From assembly GCA_951406725.2 (NCBI GenBank), contig OX597818.1, forward strand, positions 64,232,001 to 64,296,000: a stretch of DNA of 64,000 nucleotides, given 5' to 3'. Source of the stretch: Octopus vulgaris (taxonomy: Eukaryota). Each line of letters begins with the position of its first letter. The stretch's first letter is position 1. Of this stretch, positions 12,602-26,000 are shown piece by piece. The notes under the pieces were generated by a model. It searched no databases and was not told the DNA's origin. It saw nothing but the letters and a program-made list of their open reading frames with translations. A program made the position numbers and the translations under genes.

Positions 12602-13521
12602 TAGCAACAAACAAGATGAGGACAAATATCCGTCAAATGTAAATAATGTAAATATTAAAACTCTTCTTAAACGCGATCAACAGGTAGAATGTTTAGTACG
12701 ACGCGTAAAAAGGTTTTGTTGCATTTTATCCATCATTAGGTTGTGAGGTCAAGTTTCAACGAAGTCAACTTTACCATTTATCATTTCGGTGGTCTATGAA
12801 ATAAGTATTAGATGAGTACCGTTGTAATCGCCTAAGCCATTAGTTCGAACCCGGTCTACTTTTCTCAAAATTTGAAATCAAAATCAAAAGGACATCTTTA
12901 CAACAAAATAACGTATTGGCGAAAGCGTATAATAAAACAAATTACTATATTCAGTATACTCTGCAATATTTATTATACTAATATATATTTGACCTGAAAT
13001 GGATTTGATTGCGATGTTTCAGACGGGAAGTCTTCTGTAGCATAATGTAAGATTTAAGCTTATAGACTTGGAAAAAACGGTTTTATAATGAAGTATATTA
13101 TTCGGATTATTAATTGTTCTTGTTCCTGTAAGTTCTTACGAAAATGGAAAGTAAAGTGTTCTATTTTGTATCGTTGCAGAGTAGCTAAATGCATGGTAAG
13201 AATGAGAAAAATGTTATCAATATTCTATGCTAACATAAGTTTATGTAAATATATTTCATGAAGGAATAATATATAATTATATGAGGTAAATAACGATAAT
13301 TATTTGCAATTATTTAGCCGAGGTCATTTACATACACACATTTTCCTAGACCTCACAAGCACACACGCACCTATACATATATAATTTTTTATATGTGTAG
13401 ATATGCGCGTGCAGGTATGTATTTCAATATTCATATAGATATATATGTTACATATGTGTATGTTCGTGTGTGTGCGTCTGTGCACTGATATATATATACA
13501 TACATGTATACATATATGCTT

Positions 13522-13580
<59 letters not shown>

Positions 13581-13846
13581 TAAAATAATAAGGGTGAAAA
13601 ATTGAATATTCATTTTATTTACATCAATTTAAAACCAGTGGTCTAGCATACAGAAATATCTGAAGATTCAGAAAAATTATATTGCATAGAGATAAGTCAG
13701 ATAAACACTAAGTGGACATCTATATGCTAGAAGTCGACCCCCTATGGTCTTACCACTAAGAAATGGAATGTTCTTAAGAAGAGTTAGCAAGCGCCAGAAC
13801 GTAAGCGAGCAAGACAATTGAAAAGATACAAAATATACAGCCTAAC

Positions 13847-13914
13847 CACAAACCAGCTTCGTTGTTACCACTTACGTATTCACTTCCGTAGAATGTCCAC
13901 AACTCATCAGTGTG
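13847..13914 (-). ncRNA. Hammerhead-like motif in a probable PLE terminal fragment
   Basis: Minus strand caca-CTGATGA-GTTGT-(long loop)-ACAAC-GAAg-ctgg-TT-tgtg; stems I and II pair perfectly, A15.1 is G. The fragment runs toward a (TA)n tract near 13580. Confidence 0.55.
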
Positions 13915-14549
13915 ATCGTCATAGCAAAATATAATTTACAGAACTATACACGGGTTCTGTATGAGATTGAACATGTATATAGTTCTACCAACGTATTAGT
14001 AACGTAATAATAATTTCATTGCATAATAAATTATTTTGCAGGATTGCATGCATATACGCATGTACTTATGTATATAAGTTTGTAAGTATATATAGCTTTC
14101 TGGTAGGAGAAACTGTGATAGCTGAAAAAATATTATGGTAGCCTCCTCTTTCGAAATTGATGTAGAACTGATATTAAATTAAACATGATGTAAAAACTAA
14201 ATGTTTTGAATACCTGTGAGCATTAGTGTACTTTTAAAATTTCATTCGTATTGCATTGTCATACAAATTTCTGTATATGACTATCGGTGTATTTTTAAGT
14301 GGCCAATATTAATTTGTATTAATTATATTATGGCAACCATATTTCCGACATTGCGGATTTGAGCCAATTAGTACTAATTACAATATAATGATACGCAGCT
14401 GCTTACCTCTTTAAGTGTGAAGGCAAATATACTGGCTAAGCATATATTTCTACACACGCATACATATACACATATTGTCTGTATAATCAAATATTCATAA
14501 ATATACATACACACGCGCACATATATATATAAACGTATAGAAATTTATA

Positions 14550-14586
<37 letters not shown>

Positions 14587-16039
14587 TAATTCCCCACAAC
14601 CACGGTCTCTTAGCCCTCCAATACTTCCTCGACCGTCGTCCCGACCTCACCCCCAGCACCCCCACCCTTCTCCACCTTGCAGAGCTTGTCCTCACTCTCA
14701 ACTGTTTCATGATAGCCGGAGAAACGTACCAATAATGTGTCAGGGATCGCGATGGGAACGAGAATGGGCCCCAATTTCGCCAGTCTCTTTCTTGGCCACA
14801 TTGAGGCCCAAGTATTCTCCCAATTCTCCGGGCCGACCCCAGAACTATACGGTCGTTACATAGACGACTGCATAGGCGTCACCTCCCTTTCCCGCGAACA
14901 ACTCTGCCACTTCATCTCTTTCCTCTCTAACTTCCAAACCTCTCTCCAATTCCCTTCCACCATCTCCAATACCTCTGTTAACTCCCTTGATATCTCCCTC
15001 AGCATCGACTACCCCTCCCACTCTCTCACCACCTTCAAACCCACGGATTCCCACCTCTATCTCAACTTCTCTTCCTCCCATCCCTTCCACACCAAACGGG
15101 CCATCCCCTACTCCCAGTTCCTCCGCCTCCGACGCTTGTGCAGCTGCGACCAGGATTTCGAGACCCAGTCTCAATAGCTGCCCCGCCTGTTCAGGCATCG
15201 AGGATACCCACCAACCCTGGTCTTGAACGCCCTCGCCCGCGCTCGTCGCACCGACCACACCACCACCCTTTCTCCTTCATCTCACCAACCCCCAACCGCA
15301 TCCCCTTTCCCCTCCTTTTCCACCCCTCTACTCTACCCCTTCTTCGGAAGATACTACGTGCCTTCCGTCGTCTCCAGCTCGATCCCACGACCCGCCCCAT
15401 TTTCCTCAACACACCCCTGTCGTCCTTCAAACGAGCCCGGAATCTACGCGATCACCTGGTCCGTCGCACCCTCTCTTCTTCCTCCTCAGCCCCACACCGA
15501 TTCCTTCCCATGCTCCAGATCCCGCTGCAACACTTGCCCCTTCATCACCAACACCACTGCTGTCACCGGTTCCAACCAGCGATTATTAGATATTCTTTTA
15601 CGTGCACTTTGTCTGGTCTCATAAACTGCATTAAATGCAACCTCTGAGGAATGATGTATGTAGGACAGACGGGAGGCCGGTTGGCAGACCGATTCGCCGA
15701 ACATCTAAGGGATGCCCGTCTGCGTTCTAATTCTCACGTCGCACGTCACTTCTGCTCGGCCAGCCATTACCCCGATGACATCTCTGTATTTGGTCTCGCC
15801 CCACACCCCGGTCCTCCACAATCAAGGCTTCACTTGGAGCAAACGCTCATTTTCACTCTACAGACCAATACCCCGCACAAACTCAACACATCCACCTCCT
15901 CTTAGTGATTGCGCTCCACCTCTCGCAACAAGCAACTTTTTATTATTTTTTTTTACTTTATTAATTTTTATTTTTTCATTTCTTATTTCTTCCCCTCCCT
16001 TTTTTTATATTTATTTTTTATTTATAAATATTTTGTCCT

Positions 16040-17700
16040 TATACAGAAACACATACACACACATACTCACGTATCCACGAACAGACTTATACACATATGG
16101 ACAGAGACACACATACACGCACGTAAGCGCACACACGCACACAAGCAAACGCACGTACATTACACCCACACAACTCCAACCCCTACACACACGCATACAT
16201 TCAAACACACACATACATACATTCATACATACATACATACACACATACACACACATATACATACACACATACATACATACACATATACACACACATGCAT
16301 ACACACATACACACACATACATACACACATGCATACATACATACATACATACACAAACACACATACACACACATACATACATACACACATACATACATAC
16401 ATATGGGGTTGGCTGTATTGCAGGCTGCGTCAGTGTATATATGTGTGTGCCTGTGGATTCACATACACCCACACCAATTTTTTTTTCCATCAATCTTTCA
16501 ATTATAAAGTGTGTGTTTGCATACATATATATATACACAAATATAAACCTCTCCTTTTGTACATACACGCACATGTATACATACATTCACTCATACGCAC
16601 GTACACACACACGCACACACACACACATATATACATATATATACAATACACGCACACACACATACACACGTACAAACACACACATACACACGTACAAACA
16701 CACACATACACACATACAAACACACACATACACACGTACAAACACACACACCAGCACATATGCCCACATATACATCCAACAAACAATATTCATACAGATA
16801 GGCACACATTCATACACACATGGGTACAGACACACACACATACACGCACGGAAGTGCACACACGCACACAAGCACACGCACGCACATTACGCCCACACAA
16901 CTCAAACCCCCCCTCACACACACAAGCATACACAAATTTACATACACACCAATACATATACATACACACAATATATGCCTACACGGGCACACACACATAC
17001 ATCTACGTATACACATACAGGCACAGACACAGACACACACATACGCACACAAAACATGCGCACACATACGCACGCACACACGCACACCAATACACACATC
17101 CGAAACTCACAACCCCACGTATACACGCATATACATCCATATACGCTTCCACACACACATACAAACGCACACATATACGCACACACAACTACACGCACAT
17201 ACGACACGCACGCACATACATACACATACACACAAATGAACCCACACATACCTCCCATACATACGGCACGCAATTATACATACACGCACACAATTATACA
17301 TACATATATATACACACATACGCACGTACAAGCACACACGCAAACATACACTAAGTAAAGCACAGTTATTCGCCACACACACAAACTCTACACACACGAA
17401 CACACACATACACACACACACTACAAACGAAACACACACACGATACATATATATATACACGTACACACACACATACTTCATTGGACTGACCTGTGGTAGA
17501 GACAAAAACACCACTCCTTATTCTTACAAACTAGCCAGCTACTAGCCTGTTGTTTACAGCTACAACCACACACACATAGACACATGTCATCATTGCACAC
17601 ATACACACACACATGTCATCATTGCACACATACACACACACACGCAGACGCAGATCTCCATGCACACACACATCCACACTTATACACACATTCCCCCTCC
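16040..17700. repeat. Long cryptic (CA/CATA)-rich simple repeat
   Basis: Degenerate ACAC/ATAC tract; accounts for the spurious 548-aa and 481-aa ORFs. Confidence 0.9.
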
Positions 17701-17871
17701 TACATTCCGCTGTCTTTGACCATTCTACTCTTCTGTCTGAAAACTCTTCTGTCTTTGAAAACATCTTTCTTCACCCTTTTTCCGTCCGGTCTTTCAAAAT
17801 GTGACCTCGTGTGTACCGTTGGCGATGTTTTTTCCTCTGTCTTCCCTTCTCTGGATCTTTCCTTCTCCTAT

Positions 17872-17906
17872 GTTTACGACGAAGAGCTCCGCTCGAAACG
17901 TTAAAC
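17872..17906 (+). ncRNA. Minimal hammerhead-like motif, pLTR family 1
   Basis: gttt-ACGACGA-a-GAGC-tcc-GCTC-GAAAC-GTT-aaac; stems I and II and a palindromic ACGT stem III; core differs from CUGANGA. Confidence 0.5.
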
Positions 17907-18025
17907 CCTCCTTCTTCCCTTCTTTCCTGAGCGTCCAATAATACTATATTTGTTCCACGTCCTCGCGTTGATGTGTTTTTTTGTGTTTTCTTGTTTGGAT
18001 TGACTTTATATATATATACACACAC

Positions 18026-18084
<59 letters not shown>

Positions 18085-18087
<3 letters not shown>

Positions 18088-18240
18088 CAAATTTATAGGA
18101 AAACAAAAAACGAAGAGAGATATATGAACAACAAGGAAGTGTATTAGTTTAACGCTGGGAAAAAAGAAAAGAACCGTTACGCTTCGAGCCTACGTTCTTG
18201 AACAGAAAGGAATAAGAGAAAAGAAACAAAGGGAGATGGT
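18085..18240 (-). mobile_element. PLE terminal fragment, pLTR family 2
   Basis: Reverse complement resembles 19700-19845 and 32960-33125 (CTGTTCAAGAACGTAGGCTCGAAGCGTA...CCCAGCGTTAAACTAATAC). Confidence 0.6.
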
Positions 18241-18619
18241 CTCTTTTCGTGGTGGGTAGCTATTTCACAGGAATGTAGCTATTTCATGGAAAGAAAGGGA
18301 TACGTTGGTAGAAAGATGGTTACCCAGATAAAGAAACAGTTAGGGACAAATGGATGGAGAGACAGACAGTCAGAAATATATATACACACACATGCATAGT
18401 CACACACACAGTTACGTATAAATATCTGCAGATGTGACACTACTCTCTCTTAGGATACATAACCCTGTATACATTGCAGCTCTGCAACGGGATTTGAACG
18501 CAATGTACAGATCCGCTGAGGAAAATAATAATCTGTTTAATGCTGGAAAATTCCAAGCCCTGTGCTACCAACACGAGAAGCACTGTAGGGATTTTAGTCC
18601 CTGAATCAAAATCGGTGCT

Positions 18620-19370
18620 TCGCCTGTGCATCGACACGGGTAATGCTTCATCATTTCAGGTACATATTATACGGCAATGAAATGCAGACGGTTGGCCGAA
18701 TGAATCCTTCGAATATTCAGACTGACTCAACAGGAATGAGAATGGTCCTTTCGAAAGCAGTTCCTAAGTGTTTGGTTTCCTTCTCCAAATTGTGGTCGCC
18801 ATACAGTGTAAAACAATTAACGTTGGAACTGGAAGCAATCCAACACTGCTACGTAGTAGTCGATCGTCTGAATGCGACATGTCAGTAACTGAGAGAAACT
18901 GAAAAAGTTGAGATTCTACTCCATAGAACGAATGCAGGAAAAATACGCGATATATGATATGGCTTGAAAATCTTAGAAAATTGTGTATAAGACTTTGGAA
19001 TTGTCTGTTATACAAAGAACAGAACGGAGCGCCAGAACTGCACAAAAACAAAACTCTCAAAATCGCTATCAGGATATAGTAGTATGTACCGCAATGGTTT
19101 GGTTTTCAAGTGAGCACAGCATTTCGATATTCTCTGACAACGCGTGAGAGGATGGATGTAGGCCACTGCAAAACAAAACTGGATCTCCTCCTGTCAAGTG
19201 TTCCCGATGAATCTACCACATTTCAAGGAACGCAGATGAGGGCAGCAATATCAAACTCCATCATTCACCAACTGCCACACATGAGAAAAACTTTAGTTAA
19301 AGTATAGCAAAGGAAATGGTGACACCTAAGCCTGCCTGCAGCTCTTGCGGTTAAACTGCAGAAGAAAAAA
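18620..19370 (+). mobile_element. Degenerate CR1/L2-type LINE 3' end
   Basis: Fragments AMKCRRLAE*ILRIF, SKLWSPYSVKQLTLELEAIQ, EKLKKLRFYSIERMQEKYAI and KTKLDLLLSSVPDE resemble the post-RT C-terminus of the CR1 group; many frameshifts. Confidence 0.65.
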
Positions 19371-19404
19371 GCGAATATATATCCGTTCATACATACATAG
19401 ACTG

Positions 19405-19845
19405 ACCCTTACCTCTCCAACATCACCATCCTCAAAGGCACGCATTTCCGCCTCTATCATATCATCGACTGATTTGCCTGCAAACCTAGCAACGTCATTT
19501 ACTACTTGTCCTGCTCTTTCCGCCCTTTTCTGTACATTGGTCAAACGGGACGCTGCATAGCTGACCGATTCACGGAGCACCTGCGACACATCAGACTCAC
19601 AAAATGACACTACGCTCTCGCCCATTTCCGCTCTACCTGTCATTCACTATAACACCTGTCTCTGTTCGAATTGTTTTTGCACATCCAGACTCTCTCACTA
19701 GTTAGTTTTTCTTATTCCTTTCTCTTGAAGAGCGGCGGCTCGAAACGTAAAAGACTTCCTCACTTCCCAAAGCGTCAAAATCATACGCCAGCTTGTTATT
19801 CATACACCTCTCTTCGTCTTTTGTTTTGTTAAATGTTCGCCATTT
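19405..19845 (+). mobile_element. Neptune-type PLE fragment (GIY-YIG plus pLTR family 2 with hammerhead-like motif at 19718-19753)
   Basis: SNVIYYLSCSFRPFLYIGQTGRCIADRFTEHLRHIR; cttt-CTCTTGA-a-GAGC-ggcg-GCTC-GAAAC-GTA-aaag. Confidence 0.8.
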
Positions 19846-19929
19846 TATATTTTTGATTTCGCCCATGCGCATTGTTTGTATTTGATTTTGTCGACTATAC
19901 AGTATAGTAGGGTCAGTTGGTCACCGTCT

Positions 19930-20650
19930 GTGAGAAAAACAGCAAACTGACGCAATTCACCCTGCCATAAGTTTAGAAAGGACATGCTGTACCTTCGGAC
20001 CGGTAGAACAATACGAACATACCAAAGTGTTTGGGTGTCAATCGCTGGACACTGCAATCAGTGGACCTGTGCCAAGCATGATAAAAATCAAACACCAAGT
20101 GAACATCATTGTGTTTGAATGATTACTAATGATGATGACATTATGCCTCCATTCATGTTGTAACACGGCCACAGACTCAATACGGAGGCCTACATCAAGT
20201 TTCTGGAGGAGGTAGTGCTACCCTGGTTCAAGAGGTTGGCTGCTGAAAAACCCTATGTCTGGCAACAGGACGCTGCACCATGCTACATAAGCAGGAGAAT
20301 CCTGTCATGGCTGCGACTAAATCACCCCCTAACATCTGGCTACTAAACTCTCCAGGCTGAGACCCTCTTGATTATAACAGGTGCGGTGCAGTTGAGTGAG
20401 ACACCAAGAAAATTCTTTGCAACAGCCAAGATGAACTACAGGCAAGAATTATGAAAGTATTCATCAATTAAGTTGCAAAAGATTCCGATGTCTGTCTGGA
20501 GGTAGTGGCTGAAGCCAATGGCGATTTAGTATTTCTGTAGCATTTCAAGATATTTTTATGTAATTTTGGTAAATATATCTATAAAAGGTTTTGTTATTGT
20601 TATTTTCATTTTTGCGTAATATAGACGACCGTCTATTTATCGCAGCCCCC
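19930..20650 (+). mobile_element. Degenerate Tc1/mariner-superfamily transposon, maT (DD37D)-like
   Basis: LNTEAYIKFLEEVVLPWFKRLAAEKPYVWQQDAAPC...ITPNIWLLNSPG*DPLDY; a deletion prevents counting the D-D spacing. Confidence 0.75.
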
Positions 20651-20889
20651 CTCCTATCTCTCTCTCTCTATATATATATATATAGTTTTGTCTTGCGAAA
20701 TACTTGGTGTGAATTCAGGTGTTAAATCGTATCTTTTGGTCTAAGGAGAATAATTAAGTGAAGAATCGGGCACCAGGGAATATTTTAACCGGAAAATCAT
20801 TCCCGTTCTTTGTTTTTTGCCTGCTTCAGGTACAGGTTTTGAAGATATTGATTTTAAGTGGCAAATAATACCCTCGATGTCATTCTTTT

Positions 20890-21125
20890 AGTTTTTTACT
20901 TGCTTCGGTCATTTCAGTGCGGTAATACTGGAGATAAAGCTCGATTTATTCGTGATGAGATGTTCGAAAACCGAGGTAGTACTGTACACACATATATACG
21001 ACGGATTCTTTCAGGTTTTGCTGAGACTATAGTAGAAGACACTCACCCAAAATGCCAAGCAGTAGGACTGAACTCGGAGCCATATGGTTGGGAAGCAAGC
21101 TTCTTACCCCGAGCCACGTCTGCGC
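20890..21125 (-). mobile_element. Degenerate family-B SINE
   Basis: GAGACTATAGTAGAAGACACT...GGACTGAACTCGGAGCCATATGGTTGGGAAGCAAGCTTCTTACC. Confidence 0.7.
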
Positions 21126-21309
21126 TTTTTCACCTACCGTAAAAAGATTTCTTACTAGTATTCGACAATAGTGTATACATATATTGCTAATGTCTAATCA
21201 ATAGAATTATTAAGTCCGTCATGGAATGGACTCCAGTGTCATACTTAGGAATGCTGCATCGAGTCTAAATGATGAGAATAATATCAAAATCTGTTACTCG
21301 GATGAGATA

Positions 21310-21474
21310 GGAGCAGGTGTGGCTGTGTTGTACTAAGAGGCTTGCTTCCTAGCCATAAGGTTACAGGTTCAGTCCCATTGTGTGTTACCGTCGGCTATTG
21401 TATTCAACTATATCCTCGGGCCGAACAAAATCTTGTGAGTAGATTTTCAAAACAGAAACTGAAAGAATCCCGTC

Positions 21475-21539
<65 letters not shown>

Positions 21540-21743
21540 TGTGTGTATGTGTATGTGTGTGTGTGCGTGAAAAGGTTGAATTATATTTCATCCTTTGCTT
21601 TGGAGGGTTCCAAAGGGCGATTTCTAACGATTCTTCATGTTTTACTGGTATTAAAATTATTTCCAAATTTTAAAACCTTCTCCATTTTTAATATATTTGT
21701 TGAACTTCTATGGGATACTTTCCATAAATTCTCATAACACTTC

Positions 21744-21807
<64 letters not shown>

Positions 21808-21955
21808 GTTTACACGTCTGTATCTATCACTGCAACCGATGTTAGTGGTTAAGTCCCCATAAATTAGCGGTATGTCAAAAGAACCAGCTAAGATGACTAG
21901 ATTGCTTCGACTAAAATCGGTGCTCCGGCTTTGCCGCAGTTAAATAACTGAAACA
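21310..21955 (+). mobile_element. Family-B SINE split by microsatellite and inserted sequence
   Basis: Head GGAGCAGGTGTGGCTGTG...GGTTCAGTCCCA, body CTCGGGCCGA, tail remnant at 21830-21955. Confidence 0.65.
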
Positions 21956-22681
21956 ATTGTTTTCAATTTATTTTTTTTGAATGACAGAAACAAATAATAT
22001 TTACGCGTAAATTTGTGAAGTTCGATGACTAACGTTACACTTACAACGAAACAGAAAGCAGTAAACAATTTTTGCGAATATATTAATATAATTCCAAACT
22101 AAGCAAGAAGCGGATGATATTCAAAGGTTTACCTTAATGTATGTTTTGTATTAAAGAATAGCTACGAAGTAATTATTAAAGCCTGAAAAAAAAAAATCGG
22201 TCAGACACAAAATGTATGCTCCACATATTTCACATTTCGTTAGCGGTCAATGATGTTTGTTCAGTTTGTATTGGTTTATGACTATTACAAATCTCTCACC
22301 GCTTAGCACATTTATTTGTATGTAATTATAATCGAACAAAAATAGCATGCGAATGAATATATTTTATACACGATTCATCGCGACGTTATTTAAACGTTTT
22401 CAAGATGTTAGTATGTGTATAGATAAGCGTTTTTTTTCAAAGCGATTTATATTATGCTTTCCGCTGATTCAAAGAACTTTATGGAAATCCTGTCTTACTT
22501 GGTGAATTATTAATTGAATTCCCTCCAAGGATTTACGATTCTGGATTATAATACCTCTCTCAGAAAAGGTGATATGTATTTCGGTTGGTTTTTTTGGTTG
22601 CTCGTTAGGGGGAAGTTGAGTAAACGAAAAGAATTATAAATGGTTAATATAAAAATACGGAGGATGAATGAATGCCTTCAC

Positions 22682-22808
22682 AGATAAGTAGATAGATAAG
22701 TGGATAGATAGATGGATAGATATATAGATAGATAGATAGATAGATAGATAGGTAGGTAGAAAGATAGATAGATAGATAGATAGATTGATAAATAAATACA
22801 TAGATAAG

Positions 22809-22843
<35 letters not shown>

Positions 22844-22915
22844 CTCATTAAATACATAGAAAAATAGATAGACAGACAGACTGAGAGATAGATAGATATA
22901 TAGATAGATAAATAA

Positions 22916-22967
<52 letters not shown>

Positions 22968-23004
22968 ACAGACAGACAGATATATAGATAGCTAGATAGA
23001 TAGA

Positions 23005-23037
<33 letters not shown>

Positions 23038-23045
23038 TTGTGTGT
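22682..23045. repeat. (GATA)n followed by (GT)n microsatellite
   Basis: Directly visible. Confidence 0.95.
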
Positions 23046-26000
23046 GAAATAAATAAATATCCTTTTGGAACTTAGGTTGTCTTTCATTCTATTTTTATTT
23101 TGTATAAACAGAAATATATATGACAAAAGGCAGTCCGTATTCATGCCAAATATCCTCGTATTATCAATGTTCTGAATTACATGCTTTGTAATATATTTCG
23201 AATGCAACTTATTAAGTGCCGCATGACACCGTCATAAGCAATAGTTCACGCAATAATGCACTCATCATGCATTTCTAAATGTAAAAAATGCCACAAAGTA
23301 CGGTAATAAGGTACGTAACGCCATATAATATGGCGGCAATAAGGGGCATTTCTTAATGTAAAACAAACCATTGTATACAGCAAAAAGAGGTAAACATCGA
23401 TATGCTAGTTACTGATTTATGTTCCTATTTAACATATAGTTATAGCAATTATTGATGCACAGGTGCTCTACCCATGCTGGAGCACCGCCTGAATTTATAG
23501 TCTTTCAGTTTTGCTGTCCATTTATGGTTTTTATTGGGTCTCAAAGTGTGTCTCTAGTGGCCTGTCTTTCTTGAGGTGTCGTTGAGTGGTTGTGTGCCTC
23601 GGTATCATCGTTTTGAGTTTATCCAGCTATTTTTTACTTTAATATTTCTGATTTATTTATTTAGGCATTTGAACATCTGAGGAAACTTGAATATCAGACT
23701 AGTACAGTAGAGTGCTTTTGCCTGTGACTTTGAAGCTGCCAGTACCTACCAGTTCCTGTATTAAAATCATGTCAAATGTTGAAGTTTAGAAAATTCCACT
23801 CCAGGATTCTTGCCGAAATGTTTCAATTATAAGTAAAAAAAAAAAAACAGGTTAGAATTATAAAGATAAATGGTTCAATTATATACTGTCCGCTCAAAGA
23901 TTCATTTAAAATATACATTTTCATATACTGAGATTAATTTTCATCTAGATATCAAGAAAAAAGCAACCATCCTAATTTGATATTTTATTTTAAAAACTCA
24001 AAATACGAAATACATTTGTAACGTGGCAGCATATTTCAAACTACATTCTGCAAGGAGATATATGCGATGCTTCTTGATTCTTCGGCAAACATAACTAAGG
24101 AATTCTCGGAATATGTTTATAAGTTAACTTGAAACATGTGCAAAAATATAAACTAAGCAGCTGCTAAATAGATTATTATGGTTTCAATTCAATTGCTAAA
24201 ACCTCCCTCTGCAGGCAAATGTAAATATTGTTTTCCATATTATTTCACAAATGTAAATAAGGTATATTTCTTTGTTTCCGGTTCTATGGAATACTCTGTA
24301 TATCTCCTTTACTTGCTAAAGGTTACTTTCACAGATGTAGCTTACATAATTTGTTTTATTTATTAGTATAATCTTCCTTAAACATCTGATAATTTAAAGA
24401 GTCAATTTCCCTGTAAGGAAATCACAAATGGCACAGCTGTATCTCACACATACACACTCAAACATACACACATATACTCTCCAGCAAATAAACGAATATT
24501 AAATGTAAACAGAATTCTTTTCTAAGCAATATCATATGAAGAATGTAAAGCAAACTAGGCAGTGTCGTATTTGATTTGCAATATGCATTTCGTGGAATAC
24601 AGTATCTGGCAAATTATACGAATAATTCATTAATGAAGTAAGTAGTCTTCGAGATAGATATCATAGAAGCAATTTGAGATCCAATCACAATATGTGACGA
24701 CAATAGTTTCATTGGTGATATCGTTAGGAGAGGTATATACATGGTGCTTAATCTAAATCTTTCATAATATATTTGATAACAGATAGTATGTTTTTCAATG
24801 CTGTCTATTAGTTAGATAGATATAAAGGAGTTAGTGAGACAGAAAGATAGAAAGGGAGATAGTTAGATAGAAAGATAGAAAGATATATAGTTATATAGAT
24901 ACACAGATAAATAAATATTTAAATATATATATATATATATAGAAAGAGAGAGAGAGAGAGATAGTTGGGCGTTTGTAAATCACCATCCAATTGAGAACAA
25001 ACATTCGATGTGTATACATACAAACATATATACATGCAAACATACATGCATATATACAAACATACATACGCACAAACATCAATATACACTCGCAGATTTC
25101 CCAAATGCAATACGTTAGTGGCACAGGAAAGATTTGTAAGACCATACGAAGTTTCTCCATCTGCGATTCATTAGCTGGAAACATGCACACACTTGGATGT
25201 GTGTATCGAAAGCAAAAGCAACTCACCAACTGAACTACATATTTACAAACACCTAGAAATGTCTTCAGTCAAAAATTCTTGTCTCTTTCTTATCGACTGG
25301 AACAGGCTTGAGAAGAACTTAGTTATATTTTTCTTCCAGTTTTATCTATGTGTGTGTTTCTTTAGAAGTATGGCTATTCACATAGAGCCATATTTCTAAA
25401 CATACATATACATGCTGATGCATATATATGTATATGAAGATAAGTATGCACGTAAATTGTGTGTGTGTGTGTGTATACGCCTGTTGATATATTTGCGTGC
25501 ACAGTGACATAAATCTTTAATGATAATAAACCACTTTATCATATGCATATTTCACATGGGAAATGTTTAATAATAATACCATTTGTTTTAAACGTGATTT
25601 TATCAAAAAGATGGCATCACACATCACCTGAAATATAGCATGTTTCAGAATTCTGAATTGAATAGCAAAATATTATTTTCGTTATATTTCAAAAATTATA
25701 CATGAAAAAGTGTAATCACGTCCATACAGACGCTGTATGATTTGTGAAAATAAATATGCATAATTTTATTCTGATTTTCTTTTCTTATAAAATATATTAC
25801 TATTGCGTATATGAAACACGATTTATTTTTACTGTGAATGATGGAAAGAGGAACCATATTTTGCTTCTAACCTGACATACATACAGATAAGAATTCAGCA
25901 CCATGTACACAGTGAATTATATATTTATGTGTATTGCGGCATATGTTATTTTCGGCATAATTTCTTTAACATTATATTTTTTTTTGTATTGCTACGTGCA

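Larger units (their letters stand above)
14586..18008 (+). mobile_element. 5'-truncated Neptune-type Penelope-like retroelement: RT plus GIY-YIG remnant (14586-15905), CA-rich spacer and 3' pLTR (about 17700-18008)
   Basis: LAELVLTLNCF, GIAMGTRMGP, RYIDD, KPTDSHLYLNFSSSHP..KRAIPYSQFLRLRRLCS, linker PCSRSRCNTC, YVGQTGGRLADRFAEH, VARHF; several stops and frameshifts; (TA)n on both sides. Confidence 0.9.

Noticed and set aside
15712-17358. 548-aa and 481-aa His/Thr-rich ORFs and their antisense Cys/Val-rich ORFs
   Set aside because: CA-rich simple repeat lacks stop codons and is open in several frames; no domain structure.
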